Shown: positions 12,005 to 26,200 of the stretch, piece by piece
Numbering within the stretch: position 1 is the first letter of the stretch
Layout of the letters: every line of letters begins with the position of its first letter
Assembly (NCBI GenBank): GCA_010093705.1
Contig: MU006102.1
Span: 4,123-68,122 of the forward strand
Direction of reading: 5' to 3'
Source: Patellaria atrata CBS 101060
Taxonomy: Eukaryota
DNA: 64,000 nt
Program-made: the position numbers and the translations under genes
The notes under the pieces: generated by a model
What the model saw: the letters and a program-made list of their open reading frames with translations, nothing else
The model's database searches: none
What the model was told of the DNA's origin: nothing

Positions 12005-12769
12005 CTACCATTGATCCGGGTCTGCATCCGCAAACGTGGCTCCTGCCGCAATCTCGTCGTACCAAACTTGCCTCGTACCCTGAGTTCCTTTCATTTCACC
12101 ATCATCGTACCATCCATTTGCATACAGACCGACGCGGAATTCAAATGCATTATCCTTTGCGACTGTGGTAGGAATGTTGAACCTTTCCAAGACTTTCTGG
12201 CCATCAAACCATAATTTGTAATATCCTGTATTATCGGACTTCCAGGATGATTGAATTACTATCTTATGCCAGACTCCTGGTGTTACTGTTGCCAGGTTTG
12301 CAAAAGTGTTGGTAATCTGTGCGGATTTTGGACAAACGTTGCCGGTCTTGACGCGCGAGTAGAGTTTGTCACCAACTAGCCAAATCATGGAACTAGGCAT
12401 CCAGTCTTCTTCGCATTCTCCTGAAAAATCGGCAATGAATTGAGCGAGATTATAGCTCTGCGCCGGGCTGAACTGCCAGCTTTCCTGCAGACGAAACATG
12501 AAGCCGTAGAAACCAACATCACCGCGTCGATAGACGTTGGTCATGCGGACCTCAGAATGATAGCGACCGCCGTAGTTGGCATCATAGATTTGGGTCATTT
12601 TGAGCGCGGTTGGACCTTGGTAGTTGATATTGGTCACTTCCTGCACAGAGCCGCTGTGCTCCTCATGGACATATGCCCAACCACTAAGGGTGCCAGAGTT
12701 GCTGAAGATTTGAGTGGCATATGCAGATAGTGGAGAGAAAATGAGAAGAATGAGAGGTGAGAGGATCAT
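12005..12769 (-). CDS. Secreted polysaccharide lyase family 20 (glucuronan lyase-like)
   Basis: Signal peptide; GRYHSEV, FYGFMFRL, YNLAQFIADF, FRVGLYANGW, ADADPDQW recalled as PL20 motifs. Intronless, 254 aa. Confidence 0.88.
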   Translation of the reverse strand: MILSPLILLIFSPLSAYATQIFSNSGTLSGWAYVHEEHSGSVQEVTNINYQGPTALKMTQIYDANYGGRYHSEVRMTNVYRRGDVGFYGFMFRLQESWQFSPAQSYNLAQFIADFSGECEEDWMPSSMIWLVGDKLYSRVKTGNVCPKSAQITNTFANLATVTPGVWHKIVIQSSWKSDNTGYYKLWFDGQKVLERFNIPTTVAKDNAFEFRVGLYANGWYDDGEMKGTQGTRQVWYDEIAAGATFADADPDQW

Positions 12770-13458
12770 CTCTGCAGAAAGAGATAGTAGAGAAAGTCTC
12801 GAAGAGATGATATAAAGAGGATTGTATGTGCTGAAGAATTCTTGAAGCGGGGTTTTAATTTATACATGAGGGTATCACAACCCTCTCCGCTTTCCATCAA
12901 AGACAAACATCAGTAAGCGCATGAAATACTTCCCCGAAATCAATGAATGAACAGCACAAACATGGGTACTTTGCGTTTCTTTAGACACCATGTTACACAA
13001 CTGGTGCTTATTATGGATGTGTGGGAAAGTGGAAGTATTTCGTAAGCATTGTGGCTTGCCCCGTTAGGATGAACCGTCCCATATAAACCTCGTAGCCTCA
13101 AATTCTGAACATTGCGGCCAAAAAGTAGTAGTATTGTATGGATTGGCATAATTCGAAATGGAACTGTTCTTGGTGAATCTACCGCGGCCGAGAATATTAT
13201 TCATCACGGGCTTCATAGTCTTGCTGAACAAATCGTATAATAGGCTTTCTAAGTTGGCATAACAGAAGTACGAGTATCATCATCTACTATAGAAGCTTTC
13301 AGTTATCGTTTAGAAGAACTACGGTATTCGGAAACCTAGGCAAGCTTCCTTCAAAGGGTGTGTGCGAACTGAGATGACGAAGGTAGTCGAATATGCATGA
13401 CTGAAATTAGGAATCCAAGCCTTTACGAAACGTTCCCATAAGGTTACAGTTCTGTGGT

Positions 13459-13494
<36 letters not shown>
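13459..13494. repeat. (TGA)n microsatellite, about 12 units
   Basis: Directly visible in the sequence. Confidence 0.95.
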
Positions 13495-14319
13495 CGTCTC
13501 GACAAATACTGTATGAGACGGCACTTTCTGGTGGAAGAGGTGTCCACGGGTGGATGTCCTGTCATGTTGTTCTCCTGAGGTGATGATGGGAGCGCACGAA
13601 GTTGACGTTCCCCCCCTTTTTCGCACCTTCCTTGCTGGGTAGGAATCTGTGTGCCTCGGCTGGAGGTTCTAGCTCAAGATGAGAACTAAAACCCAGGCTA
13701 CCCAGCAGGGAAGGAGAGCAAGGGAGCCTCAACCACTTCACACCTGCCTTCTCCGTACCTGCTCTCCGAGAAACTCTGGAATCCCTCCGTCGTTGACCTT
13801 TTCATCATTCTTCATTATATTCCAGGTTGTTTCGCTCTTTTGATTCAACTTACATAGGATAAAGTCATTCGAGAGATATGGTCTTTTTTACTACTAAATG
13901 AGAAGGTCATATCTCAGCATTTTAATAATAATATTGGGTAGTTCAAATAAAGCTGAGGATCTTCAGCTTCACTCAAACTGGCAGCCAACAACAATTGCAC
14001 GAGGGGCAACGCCACAGGTTGCCAAGTTTACCCAGCTCGTTCACGCCGGTAATCGCATCCAGGAACGTGAACGCTTGATAGGAACAGGACAGTGAGGACG
14101 ATGAATTGATGATTTATGTGGCTCAAAGCGTCGGTTTATATTAAATCGGGGCTGAAGATTTGCCACGATCAGCTCCGGCTTCTATACGATGTTATAACAT
14201 CCCCACGAAGCCCTTATTGATGAAGATGCGGGTGAAGCTTGCTCCTCATTCTTTCGTTGCCATTCCAGGTACCAGGCTACGTCAAGAATATTCTCAACTT
14301 CTATCTGACCGCTGCCAGT

Positions 14320-16353
14320 ATGAAGATCCTCACCCGTTTTCGTCAAATTGCCACGTTTGCACTCTGTCTTAGTACAGCATCTGCCATAACCATCAGCGAG
14401 ATCAATGGCAAGAAGTATCTTTCGCTCTACAAAGACCAGCCGGTGACAAACGTGACCGGCATTGTCACTGCAAAAGGTCCAGACGGTATATGGATCCGAT
14501 CACCCACCTCTGATCGCCGTTTTATACTCTTCCCGGACATTAGAACTTCAGAATCTATCTACGTATTCTCGCGGACCGTTGGAACGAATCTGGCTGTGGG
14601 TGATAGAATAACTCTCGACGGCAAGGTGTCGGAATACAGGTCTTCACCTGCGTACCTCTTCCTTACTGAGATTACTGCTCCCGCCAATGTTAGGAAAGAG
14701 TCAAGCGGCAACAAGGTTACGCCTCTCATTATCGGAAGAAATACGGTACTGCCACCTACGCAGCAGTATTCATCTTTAGACCGTTTGGATGTCTTTGCTG
14801 TGCCAAACAATTCAAGCCAGGTCTCTGTTGCGAACCCTACTTTAAGGCCTCTTCTCTACGGACTTGACTTCTGGGAAAGTTTGACTGGAGAGTTGGTCAC
14901 TGTGCGTACCCCGAGAGCGATATCTAAGCCGAATAACTTCGGTGATACATGGGTCGTTGGAGATTGGCCGGTTACTGGTCGCAATCACAGAGGAGGCTTA
15001 ACCTTAACCGACAGAGGTAAGTTAAATCATAAGCTCTCGCCCCCTTTACCATGTCTTGTTTCGATCCCATCAAATGTGAAATCCGTACAATATGTACAGT
15101 GATGTCCGAAGACTCTGTCAATGGCTACGCGAAGCAGAGCTAGGGATAGCCATAACAGGAGAGCAGTTAATGGACAAGAAACTTACAAGCATACAGATGC
15201 AAATCCAGAAGCTATCATTATTGGATCTCCACTTGATGGAACTCGAAACCCTACCGGCACTAAACTTGGTGATAGCCTGCAGGAGATTACCGGCATTGTT
15301 ACTCAAGCATTCGGATTCTACAGGATTCTTCCTCTTACGGCACTTCAAGTCACCGGTTCTGCGTCCCCTGCACTGCCACCACCGACTACTCTGATCTCTT
15401 CAGAGGATTGCACTGGTTTAACTGTCGGAGCATACAATGTGGAGAATCTTATGCCTACAAGTGCACATCTCCCTCGCGTCGCCGCTCACATTGTAGACTA
15501 CTTGAAGAGTCCATCACTCGTCTTTGTCCAAGAGGTCCAAGATGATAACGGGGCAACCAATGATGCTGTAGTATCCGCGAATGTCACCCTATCGAATCTT
15601 GTTGCTGCTATTTCCACAGCTGGCGGTCCGGATTATAAATTTGTGGACATTGTACCCGTTGACGACCAAGATGGCGGGCAACCAGGAGGTAATATCCGTG
15701 TCGCTTATTTGTACGATCCATCTGTTATCCAGCTCCGAGACCCCAACCCCGGCTCCTCTATTGATGCAAATGAGGTTCTCCCTGGCCCAGAACTCAAATT
15801 CAATCCTGGCCGGATTGATCCATTGAACACAGACGCTTGGACTGCAAGCCGTAAACCATTAGCAGCAGCATGGGAGACCTTGGATGGGAGAAACAAGTTC
15901 TTTACTGTCAATGTACACTTTGGCAGCAAAGGAGGAAGCAGTTCTATTGAAGGTGATCCACGTCCACCAGTCAACGGTGGTGTTGATGACCGCCAAAAAC
16001 AAGCTGAAGTCACAGCAAATTTCATATCCAAGATTTTGCAACAAGACCGCAATGCAGCTATCATAGCAGCAGGTGATTTCAACGAATTTACTTTTGTACA
16101 GCCGCTCGAGACATTTACATCGGTCTCTGGACTCAGAGATTTGGATGTCGCAGCAGGTGTCCCACCTTTAGAAAGATACACATATCTATTTGATATGAAC
16201 TGCCAGGAGCTTGACCATATGTTCATCAGTCCGAGTCTGGCTGGAAAAAGGCCGAGGTTCGAACATGTTCATATCAACACTTGGGCGGATGCACAAGGGA
16301 TGGTGAGTGACCACGATCCAAGCGTCGCTAAATTGAATGTATGCTCGAGATAA
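14320..16353 (+). CDS. Secreted endonuclease/exonuclease/phosphatase (EEP) family protein; intron 15017-15196
   Basis: Signal peptide, OB-fold-like N-region (VTGIVTAKG, DGKVSEY), and YNVENL, VQEVQD, NVHF, AGDFN, LDHMF, SDHDP motifs. Confidence 0.9.
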
Positions 16354-17129
16354 AGATTGCTCAAAGATGGGTCATGTTAGCAAAGCTTATTAACGGGCTG
16401 GAATGATGTCTGGAACAATCATAGGGACCCATTATTTCATTATCTAAATTAAATCATCAATTCCCACAGTTTCAGTCGTCCACATTCAACATCTCCTTTC
16501 CACACCGTCACCGAGCATGCAGGGACTATTCTCACCCACCATTTTGAGAGCTATCGTATAGTAAGCAATTGTATACAAGATTGTCGTATAAGTTTGGGAG
16601 TCCCTTGTACCATTTTATCGTTTCTGTACATAAATGTTGGCGGCGCTTAACAGAGTGACGGTAGAACGACAGGCGAACGATGCCACGGCGGGTGGTTCCG
16701 ATTTACAAAGATAATATCGTTGCTCCTTTAGACTGCGGTGCAGTATTCAGGACTAATTCTTCGTTTGCGGTGAAATTTATCTGATAACCAGATATCGACC
16801 ACCATACGCTCCTGTCTAGTATCCCCGGTTTCGCGCATAATGATCATATTCACATTCTCTCCCCTACTCATGTTAAGTATATCGTCGGCTGATAGGAATG
16901 AGAAAAGATATGTACATCCAAGGGGAGAGATTGCGGCAGCCAGGAGTGATCCGGTCATAACATCCAATATAGCGAACTGAACACAATCACACGTTTGTAT
17001 TTTCTCTCTACAATGGTTCATATAGTGTGCGGCCGCGTCTGAGGCGGCATCCTTTAGTAGCCAAATACCGAATTCAATGAGTCTTGCTGCAAGGTTCTCA
17101 GCTAGAGGCCTTGTAGGTTCGGTATGAAT

Positions 17130-18751
17130 TTTTGGCACGGTCACCTCCTGTAAAAAGCCGTCAGGGTCATATTTCTTATAGATAGCCTGCAAGCTATCTT
17201 TATTCTTTGCTCTATATGAACTGACAGGATCTTGATGGGTAAGCGCATAACTCATAAAACGGTATGGGGAAGCTGGACCTTTCGCATGTGCATCTGCTTC
17301 AATCTCTTCAAGTAAGCTTCTTTTCCCGACCTATCACCCTCGCATCATCATAGAAATTCTCCCATGACGCGAATAGCGGGACTATCACCAAGGGGCCATC
17401 TTCGGGATTCACCCCGAGGAAGGTATCCCCTTCTGCTCTTGATTTCTCTATGAGTGAGACCGGCAAATGCTCTAATGTAATCGCAAAAGTTAAGCCCGCA
17501 ACATCTGATTTCAGGGCATCGACTACCACCAGAAACTTTTCTAGCGAGCTTTGCAACATCATCGTGTCAGCCTTCAATGTGGTTGACCTCTAAGATAGTA
17601 CAGTAATTTTCGGGTTCTTTTATCTCTCTCTGTGCCCCAGTTGCTTCTCCTTTGTTACCACTCTTGCCATACTCTCTGGGCGGAGACTTACTCGCTGATA
17701 ATCCGTTACAATTAGCATGTATAATATGCATGCACTTTATGTCGTAGCACTTTTTTAAGGCAGATGTGCAAACATATCGGAATGTCATGGAAGGAAACAG
17801 ACGAGTGAAACAACTAACCTCTTATTGAAATGGGAACCGGCAGACTGTTCATCTGTACTTGAAGGGTATCAATGCGGAGGGTATTTAGCCGATCGAGTTG
17901 TGGCTGTATATCTGTAAACGGTATGAGGACCTCCCTTTTCTCCTTTCATGTAAAAGACGTCATTCATACCCATGACGTCGCCAAATACTGATATGTAATC
18001 AAAGTTTACCAGAATATGCATATGATCATCCGGCTCGGGGCTGTTCAAGTAGTCTGCTAGAGTTTGTAGTTGTCCATAGAAACTGGGCTTGAAGTAGAAC
18101 AGCTTGCCACCCCAGAGGCTCCCCTGCTCGAAGACTGCGAAATCGAAGCGCGTAATAATCCCAAAATTGCTCCCACATCCACCTTTGAGAGCTTTCCAAA
18201 GATCAGGATTCTCGTGGGCGTTTCCGTTGACCACATCTCCGCTAGCGAGGACTACTTCAAAATTCAGAACGTCGTCGCAGATGAACCACCTCTGAGAGGG
18301 AAAGTGTGAAAGGGCCCCTGAATTTGTTAGCATCCTTCTCTGATGGAAGAGAGATGTGTCGAGCATACCATGTATTGAAAGACCTCCGATACCCCCATTT
18401 GAAGAACGGCATCCGCTAACGGCTAATCTTAAGGGACAAGTTTCCGGTACCCTCTCCCCCACCGTTTCCCAGCAGCAATCTTGACGATCTTTTTATCTAT
18501 ATCCACCTCTACTCCTTTTAAACGACGCAGATGAATCGTAATTTTTTGTTCAACATCCGCAACTCCTAGAGCTCTCACAATAGAGGAAACGTCCTGTTTC
18601 AATCTCGGAGTGACAAACAGGAAGGTCTGATTTCACTTTCCAGAGAAGAGAGATACGAATTGGCAATGTAATCATATTCTTTGCTTCCTTGCAAAACAAC
18701 GATGTCGGTAAAGATCGCTCTGATAGCATCGATTGCTTTTGGGACTGCCAT
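17130..18751 (-). pseudogene. FAD-linked oxidoreductase (FAD-binding PCMH / BBE-like), degraded
   Basis: GIGGL, NFEVVLASGDVV, DLWKALKGG..NFGIITRF and KKYDPDGF are spread over several frames with stops. Confidence 0.8.
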
Positions 18752-20458
18752 ATCCACTGATTTTGGTTTCCCCAAGCCGGTTAGGAGGGTCGTCTCAAAT
18801 GGCCTTTCCTCTAGGGTGAGTTGACTATTGTCATGAGATATGCTGTAATCAGACTATAGAAGATCATTTTAGACATTATATAGGGGAAGAGAAAAAGAGT
18901 AACCATCCTGGTTACTCTAAGTATGTAAGTCGTAAGGAGTAAACACTTCGGTTAGAACACGTGCTGTAAGCAGGGTGAAAACGATCTAGCATGAGCTTAC
19001 CGACACTTTGGAAAGGTGTTACACGACAGATATAAACGTACACGTGGGGACTGTATACACCATCCCAGGAGTTTGCCCCTGGCATGTTTGATCTCCCATC
19101 GTATCGAACCTAATAGGGTCATGATATCTCGCACAGTTCCGTAGACTTACGACCTTGTGATGGTGTGACGACTAGCATGACGGCATTGACGCGTCTGGTC
19201 ACTCTAATGGCTGTGACCTGTAGGACAGCCTTTTGTGATTTGCTGTTATCGGTTCTAAGAGAAAGTAAGAAAGCGAATTTTGATCGCAAATTGCTTATGA
19301 CAAGATTATATGATCCTTTGAATGCCGAAAAACCTCTCAAAACATGGGTTATGGTTCTTGTATGAAAAATAAAACATCTAATTTTAGGAATTCCCCTAAA
19401 AATATGATACTTGAGAGGCGCCATGTGCGGGGTGGGTGTTTTGGGGAAGAAACTAGAGGTACGGCAAGCCGAGACAAGTACCGGAGGGTACGGCGTTACC
19501 GTTTGATACGGGTGGGGCGCCGCAGATCAGCGGCACCCGAATAAGGATCAAAGCGGCAAAGACCAGCTACTGCAACGGTATCTCACTCTTTACCAGTTTT
19601 AGGTTCACGGCTAAGGTAGGAAGCTCAAGTCCACTTCACTCTCACCTCTTTGTCTTTAAGGCTCAAATAGCAGACTGGTACTTCATAGTTTCCATGAAGC
19701 ATGTCCTTCCCACTTGAACTTAATGTCAGTTCGGGGCTGTGGTTAGCGAGTGTTGGATATTGCCATCCTCCTACCCTTTGCTCAGGACACAAATTCGCTC
19801 ACTTTCGGTCAGTCCATATCATGGAGAACGTACCAAGCCCGGTAGACGCCATCATTCTGCTTTTTTCGTAGGATCAGTTCGAACAGGATGTTGTCCAACC
19901 CCGGTAAATATTCTCATGCCATTCTCCTCACTTTATAGTGACTGATTGGGAGCTTGCACTTCAAATGAACTCCGAATCAAGGAATCAACTAGACTTACAC
20001 CTATGGAAGCAAGTATATTATCCCATATCCTAGCACCTTTAATAATATTCATATTGTGAGGTGTCTGGACGCCGTCAAGCTCTGAAGGACTTCACTTTCT
20101 CAGGTGGTATACTGGTCAAAAAAGGAAATTGGACATGCGTCCTTGCAAGAGAAATTTTACACGACGAGGAGTATTTTCCTGATACAAGAAACTTCAATAG
20201 ATTTTGATTTGTTGATGCGGAGAAGATCCCTGACGCAGTACATAATGTGATACACCTAAATAGGTAGTTCATATGAATATACGACCAACCCCCCGGTTCC
20301 CATCGCGGGCAAAACCGTTAAAGATCGATGAAAAAATTGACCATAATCTCCCAATGAACAATAGAGACTGAAGATCAATGCTAGTGTCGAGTGATATGCC
20401 AATAGAACTGTCAAGGCTCAACCTCAGATGAGAGCTGAAAGGTATATTGCTGTATGTA

Positions 20459-20651
20459 CATGAAGCTTAAACTTAAGGAAAGAAAGTAAAAGAGAGTATC
20501 AGAACAGCGTGAGCTGTTCTATTAAAGTACAACATGACTAAGCTACTGGATCATGCATGGAGCTTAAACTTAAGGAAAGAAAGTAAGAGAAAGTGCCAGA
20601 ACAGCGTAAGTTGTTCTATTAAAGTATAGCATAGCTAAGCCGCTGGATCAT
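20459..20651. repeat. 96-bp tandem duplication (2 copies, period 97)
   Basis: 20459-20554 vs 20556-20651: no gaps, 13 mismatches. Confidence 0.92.
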
Positions 20652-21031
20652 CCAAGGCACTTATACCTATCGGGTCTAACCCGTGACAAGAACGATAATT
20701 ATCGGCGTGCCGAATACCACATTCGGACCTTGTAATAGCCCTAATGCTGAATTGGAGTGATTTTTTCTCCAACCGTACACTATGTATGCTTAAGGGACTA
20801 CAAGCGCACTACTCGAACGTCTTCTGAAATCCGCTTGGCGGTCTTGGGAAGTGCGTGTTCGACACTCGGCCTTGCGTTGTTGTTGCGTTGATGGCTGGCT
20901 GCGCATATTGTTAACTCAGTCCACAGCTCTTATCACTTGAACTCCCGACTGAATTCCCTCTTCCTTCAGCCATAACTTGCTTCTAACCCTTTGCTTTTCG
21001 GTTCCTTTAGTGTAGCGAGTTTATCGTCAAA

Positions 21032-21923
21032 ATGGTCCGCTCGCTATTCATCATCCTGAATGCAGTGGCTTCTACTCTATCATGTTCTACTCATAGCAAT
21101 TATCGTAGTATGGCATACGAGAAGCATCAAATCATGGAAGAGATCCCGGAACCACCGAGGGATGACTGGACCTACGAAGCATCTTTCAACTGGGGACGTG
21201 TGAATGAGAGTGCGTTGTATCCCACAGGTTTTGGATCGACTCTAAATCGAATTCCACATCTAACGATCATTTACAGACTATACCCTCTGCCAAACTGGGG
21301 CGCAACAGTCTCCCATTTCCCTCGGACTTAATAACGGGTTCTCGCGAAACCACAGACTTCGGTTTGACTATCCCGACAAAGTAACAGGGAACTTTTACAA
21401 CTGGAACTACGGGCCAGCGTTCACGGTTATCAATGAGGGAGAAGATTGGGCACAGAACCCCAGTGTGTCGTACGATAACGAGACTCTCTATCTCAAAGGC
21501 TGGCACATCCATTGTCCCGCAGAGCACTCGGTTGCCAACGATCGCTCTAAGGCAGAGTTGCATTTAGTCCACGTCGACACTGAAGGTCATGAGAAAGTCG
21601 TCCTCGCCATCCGGTTGGATCCTGGGCATGACAACTCAATCTTTTTCGAACAGCTTCCTCCTATGATCGGTTTCAATGAGACTAAAATGCAACAGGAAAT
21701 TGGTATAGACATTAAGCTTGCACTAGCGGCGGTGCAGAATTTCAACGAATTCTGGACGTATGAAGGAAGTCTGACGAGCCCACCATGTGAGGAGGGAATC
21801 CGCTGGTTTGTTGCGAGGCAGATTTTCTTCACTAGCGTTAAGCAGATGCAGATGATCTTAAGGGCGAGCACGTATAGCGCGCGACCTGAACAAGAGGTTT
21901 GGCTACACAGGATTAACGAATGA
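21032..21923 (+). CDS. Secreted alpha-carbonic anhydrase; intron 21210-21276
   Basis: CQTGAQQSPI, Zn ligands in WHIHCPAEH and ELHLVH, YEGSLTSPPCEEGIRWFV. Confidence 0.92.
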
Positions 21924-24857
21924 GAATACTCATACGGGATAAGTAATGGCCGAAAGTAAACACTAGGGAGGAAGGCTCCTTTGTAATATACTACGGATGT
22001 GTATCAGTAATAGAAAGAATCTCAACTCCTAGCCTTGAAGCGAACAAATATACCGAGAGTCCAACTTATCGGAATTGTCTAGTGATGTTTCAGATGTGTT
22101 GAAAATAAGCAACTGCATCACAAATAGCGTAAGATAGAGGTATAAAATCTATTCTGGGTAGGTAAGAGCCGTCAAGATCTCCCGTCATGCCTCTCATCTT
22201 CGTCCACGGCATTGTCTCCCATGAAGGCGGCGCTTTGGTAGTGAAGACATTCACCCATTTACTCTGCACTTGCTATTTGTACACCATCCTGCCTCTATCT
22301 CTAGAAGTTAGGAGGAGGACCTGAGAGTATCACCATACACGCGTAAGTGCTCGATATAGACTCAAAAATTCGGAGAATTGGAGCCGGATAATGGGCTATT
22401 CATCTGCCGTAGGGTTAAATCTAAGCTATACCAGAAAGTTACATTCCACTTTCAAATACTTCTCGCTATTGAACCAAGACAGTACGAGAATATGAGGGTG
22501 TACTCTCCATTTGAATCTCTTTCGGCCTTCTATGGATTGGGGAGAAGGTATTTCAGGCATAACTAGTATTGAAGCGACAGAAGTGAAGGATATGAGTATC
22601 CGACGAATAACCTATTGTATGGACGCTAAGGTAGGAGTAGTAGGTTGGTTTCGACCGACAGTAAAGAATATCCACTCTAACAATAAGCATTTTGCAAGTG
22701 ATATCGTGAACTAACATTTTTCCTGTACGGAACGTGCAATAGACGAAATCGAACTATCAGAAAGCTGATAGTTAATCTAATTATTCGGTGGATCCGAGAG
22801 AGGAAGGTTGAAGCGCTTACGATCGATAAACGTTAATGGAAGCTAATTGTCTTCTCGTAAGCCTATATCTGGCCGTCAGCATAAGCTAGTTAGCTACTAC
22901 TTATGCGAGACGTTATACGCCGCTCATAGGAAATAATATTGTCCACCTTTGGGAAAAGCCACCAGGCTCTTTTCTAGGAACCTAAGCGCAGGAATTGCAT
23001 ATCGGCGGCCTGAGGAATTGACAGAAAGATCACTCAGATATAAGAAATCTTGCTAAGGATGTTCTGACGGGTGAGTGAGCAGCAATTCGGGAAATTCGGG
23101 GATTATCGGCTCTACATAGTCCCATATAGCGACAGAGGAAGCATTTTCGTTTTCCGAATCGCAGATGAGCGGATTAGCGACCCCCTAGAAAAGTCTTGAC
23201 GCGTGGGATCAAGTCAGATTTTGGTGTGCATAGCAGGGTGGTGTTAAGTAGGTAACCCTGGGAAGGGTCGCAAAACAATCCTGAATTTGCCGATACTGCA
23301 TAGTTCAAAGACGTTCAAGGAGTTGCACAGGGTTTAAGTCAGCCGGAGAGAGCAGTGTGTAGGGGCATGATTTTGAGAGATGATGAGAACAACCTCCTTG
23401 CTGTAAAAGCATCTCTAGCCTTCCCAAGTGGAACTTTCTCGTATAAGGAAGACCGAGATTTTGAAACAAGAAGTATAGAAAAGGAGTTCGCGCGCGAAAG
23501 CAACTTCACTACCGGCTCTACAGGACTTGGACCGACTTGCTAGCGCATCGGCTTCAGCGCTGAAACAAGTAAACCCCAGAGACAGCGAGTAGTAGATGTA
23601 TCATCGTCTCGGTACCAGTAATCTTTTCAAGGCTAATGGTTGAGAAACAGTTTGAAAGTATTGTTAAGTAGATTGAGCATCACTTGATCCTCTTTTTAAG
23701 AAACTCTCCCCAAGATTGTTGTGATCGACTCTGTTACGACATCAAAACTCACCTAATTCCAAAGAGATATTTTTCCATTGGAAGCACTATCAATGATCCT
23801 TTACCGCCTGGCAATGGATCAAGTGGAGTCCCATGATTGATCAATGCCTTCCACATATCCACATTACTGCAAGGAGTTGATGCAAACTGTAGGGCGTTCA
23901 ATCCATCAGTATTCGTTAGCCCGTGATGTGCTAAAATTGCACTACCAGGACCAGATAAACTCTTTGCACACTGACCACCGTGGAAACGTGTCTACGAAGT
24001 AAGACAACTCATGCAAGTCCGCTACTGAATATGGATTGTTCCTGTCTCAACTCTGCCATACTGGACAAGGTTAAATAGTCCATGTTTCTCTCAGTCATTC
24101 CGTCTACACACAGCTTAATAGCTCACATTATTCAAAGAACGCTATTCATCTGTCAGCAGAAATCGTGCTGTAATTCAAGTTTCAGAAAGGACATACCAAT
24201 TGTGAGATTGAGCGTAAAGCTCGAGCACTAAATGAACCAGGTTAACGGTGCATCATCGTAAGCGTACGTTTATTCTCATGTAAAGATTAGTCTCCTGGGG
24301 CTAACGACCACTAATACTGTACACGAGCGTTGCTTAATGTTCCAGCTCTATGTTTGTCGAGCGTTGAAACCGCTGTGGTTCCGAGAATGACAAAGCAGAC
24401 GGAAGCCTTCCCTCTTCCATTTTGAGCAACCCCATGATAAACGAGAACCTTGCCTCTCATAACTTGGTGATGAGTTGGAGTGACAAGCGTCGCAGGAATT
24501 CCAAGGGTAATGCTGTTCGCGTAGCTACTAGAAGCCTTGGAATCGATACTTTCATCAAATGGGAGAATGCTGCAATAGAGCTCTCGGACCTATCGCCTAT
24601 GGAAAGATGGGCACATCTCAAGCAGGACCATGAGAGATTGATGGCCAAATTATATTGTCGAGAACACCGTAAACTATCCCGTGTGGAATCTTACATATAA
24701 ATTTTTCTGATATCTACTGATAGTAGTCTCCAGTGTAACCATAACGAGACCAACCAATAATGTTATCTCCATCATCCCCAAAGTGTTTAAGGTTTACGCA
24801 TCCAACGGTCTTTATAGCGCTGGTGAAAGGTTTGCAGTGCTCGAATGTGTGAGCATG

Positions 24858-26200
24858 TCATTTGAACTTCTGTCTCATAACCTTGACGATATTGCAAACA
24901 CCTTTTAGGCGTTCTTCTCTATTTTCGCCTAAATAAAGTGCTGCAACAGGCCAAGCATGTATAGATCCTTGCTCTTCTATGACATCAACCGCTACTTCAG
25001 CTTTTTGTAGCATGTCGATGAGGTTTCGGGTTTCAGGTCCTAGAACCTCCTCAGATCCAAATAAGAAGAGCCATCCAGAAGAGGGGCTAGCAAGTCTCCA
25101 TTTCCTAAGATCTTTGCAATTACCTGGTGAAACCAGAGGGTCATCCTGCTTAACCTTTGTGCCAATATATTGTCTACCATAGCGTCGTAAACTATCAGCA
25201 TTGAGATAATCACTAGGCGTATTGCGATTTTCATCTGAGATGATAGTCACCCAAGGAGAGATCATGATCGACAAAGCGGGACAGCGGGTACGATATTCAG
25301 GATGCTCGCCAATGTAGAGTAGAAGACTTATTATCAGAGTTGCCCCTGCCGAATCACCTCCAACACATATGCGTGAAGGGTCGCCGATAATTGAAAGAAC
25401 ATGCTCGTAACCATTGAAAGCTTCTTGCACTTGTATTGGATAAGTCGCTTCCGGAACGAGCTTGTATTCTAATGCGAAGAGAGCAGGGTTGGTGTAGCCA
25501 GCATTTTGCAGGAGTGTCACCCATGCAAGCAGGAACTCAAGGTAGAAATAACTTGAACCCATAGAAAAGCCACCACCTGTAACGTTGTAGTGAGTATACA
25601 GATTGAACTTCTTAATAAGGGGAACAGACCATGACAGTAGTAGACTACGATATCCGGCATACGTGATTCATCAGTAAAGATCCATAATCCTTTGAAACAG
25701 TCCTTTTTATTGTCAGCGGAGAATATTATATATGTGAAAGTAAAAGGGAAATAAGATTGTATTTACGCTATTCAGCTCTTTCCACGCAAGAGGAGATCTC
25801 AAGTAACCATGTCTAAGCATACGAAATCTGAGAAAAGGAAGTGCCACTGCTTTAGAGAAGAATACTCTGCCAATATATGCTGGCATGAAGGCAAAAGCGT
25901 ATCGAACGCATCGAATTACAAGATCTTGGAAAGCTGTAGACCTTTGGACAAACGGAGTTTGATACGTTTTTTCAGTAAAATACCTCTCCCGCAGAAATTG
26001 ATAGGGTAATTGAAAAACTTAAAGACATTAATATCGAACAGTCCAATCCACATAGGATACCAGATTGACGCACATAAGTAAGGTAAGGCGCCTAGTACCC
26101 AGGTACTTGTCTCAAGAAGCCCAACATGAAGGAGGAGCTGCGGTGATAAAAAGATCATGAAAACTACACAATCCAGGAAGGAAATTTGACTGAGGATCAT
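24858..26200 (-). CDS. Alpha/beta hydrolase (HSL/Say1-like), multi-exon
   Basis: YCHG|GGF, GGDSAGA nucleophile motif, ISPWV, IHAWP. Hydrophobic N-terminus. Internal exon borders approximate. Confidence 0.85.

Noticed and set aside
16728..17255. 175-aa ORF as an independent gene
   Set aside because: Its start is the C-terminal tail of the FAD-oxidoreductase pseudogene, reading on into unrecognised sequence.
22000..24800. Possible degraded gene(s)
   Set aside because: Only short ORFs without recognisable motifs; no supportable model.
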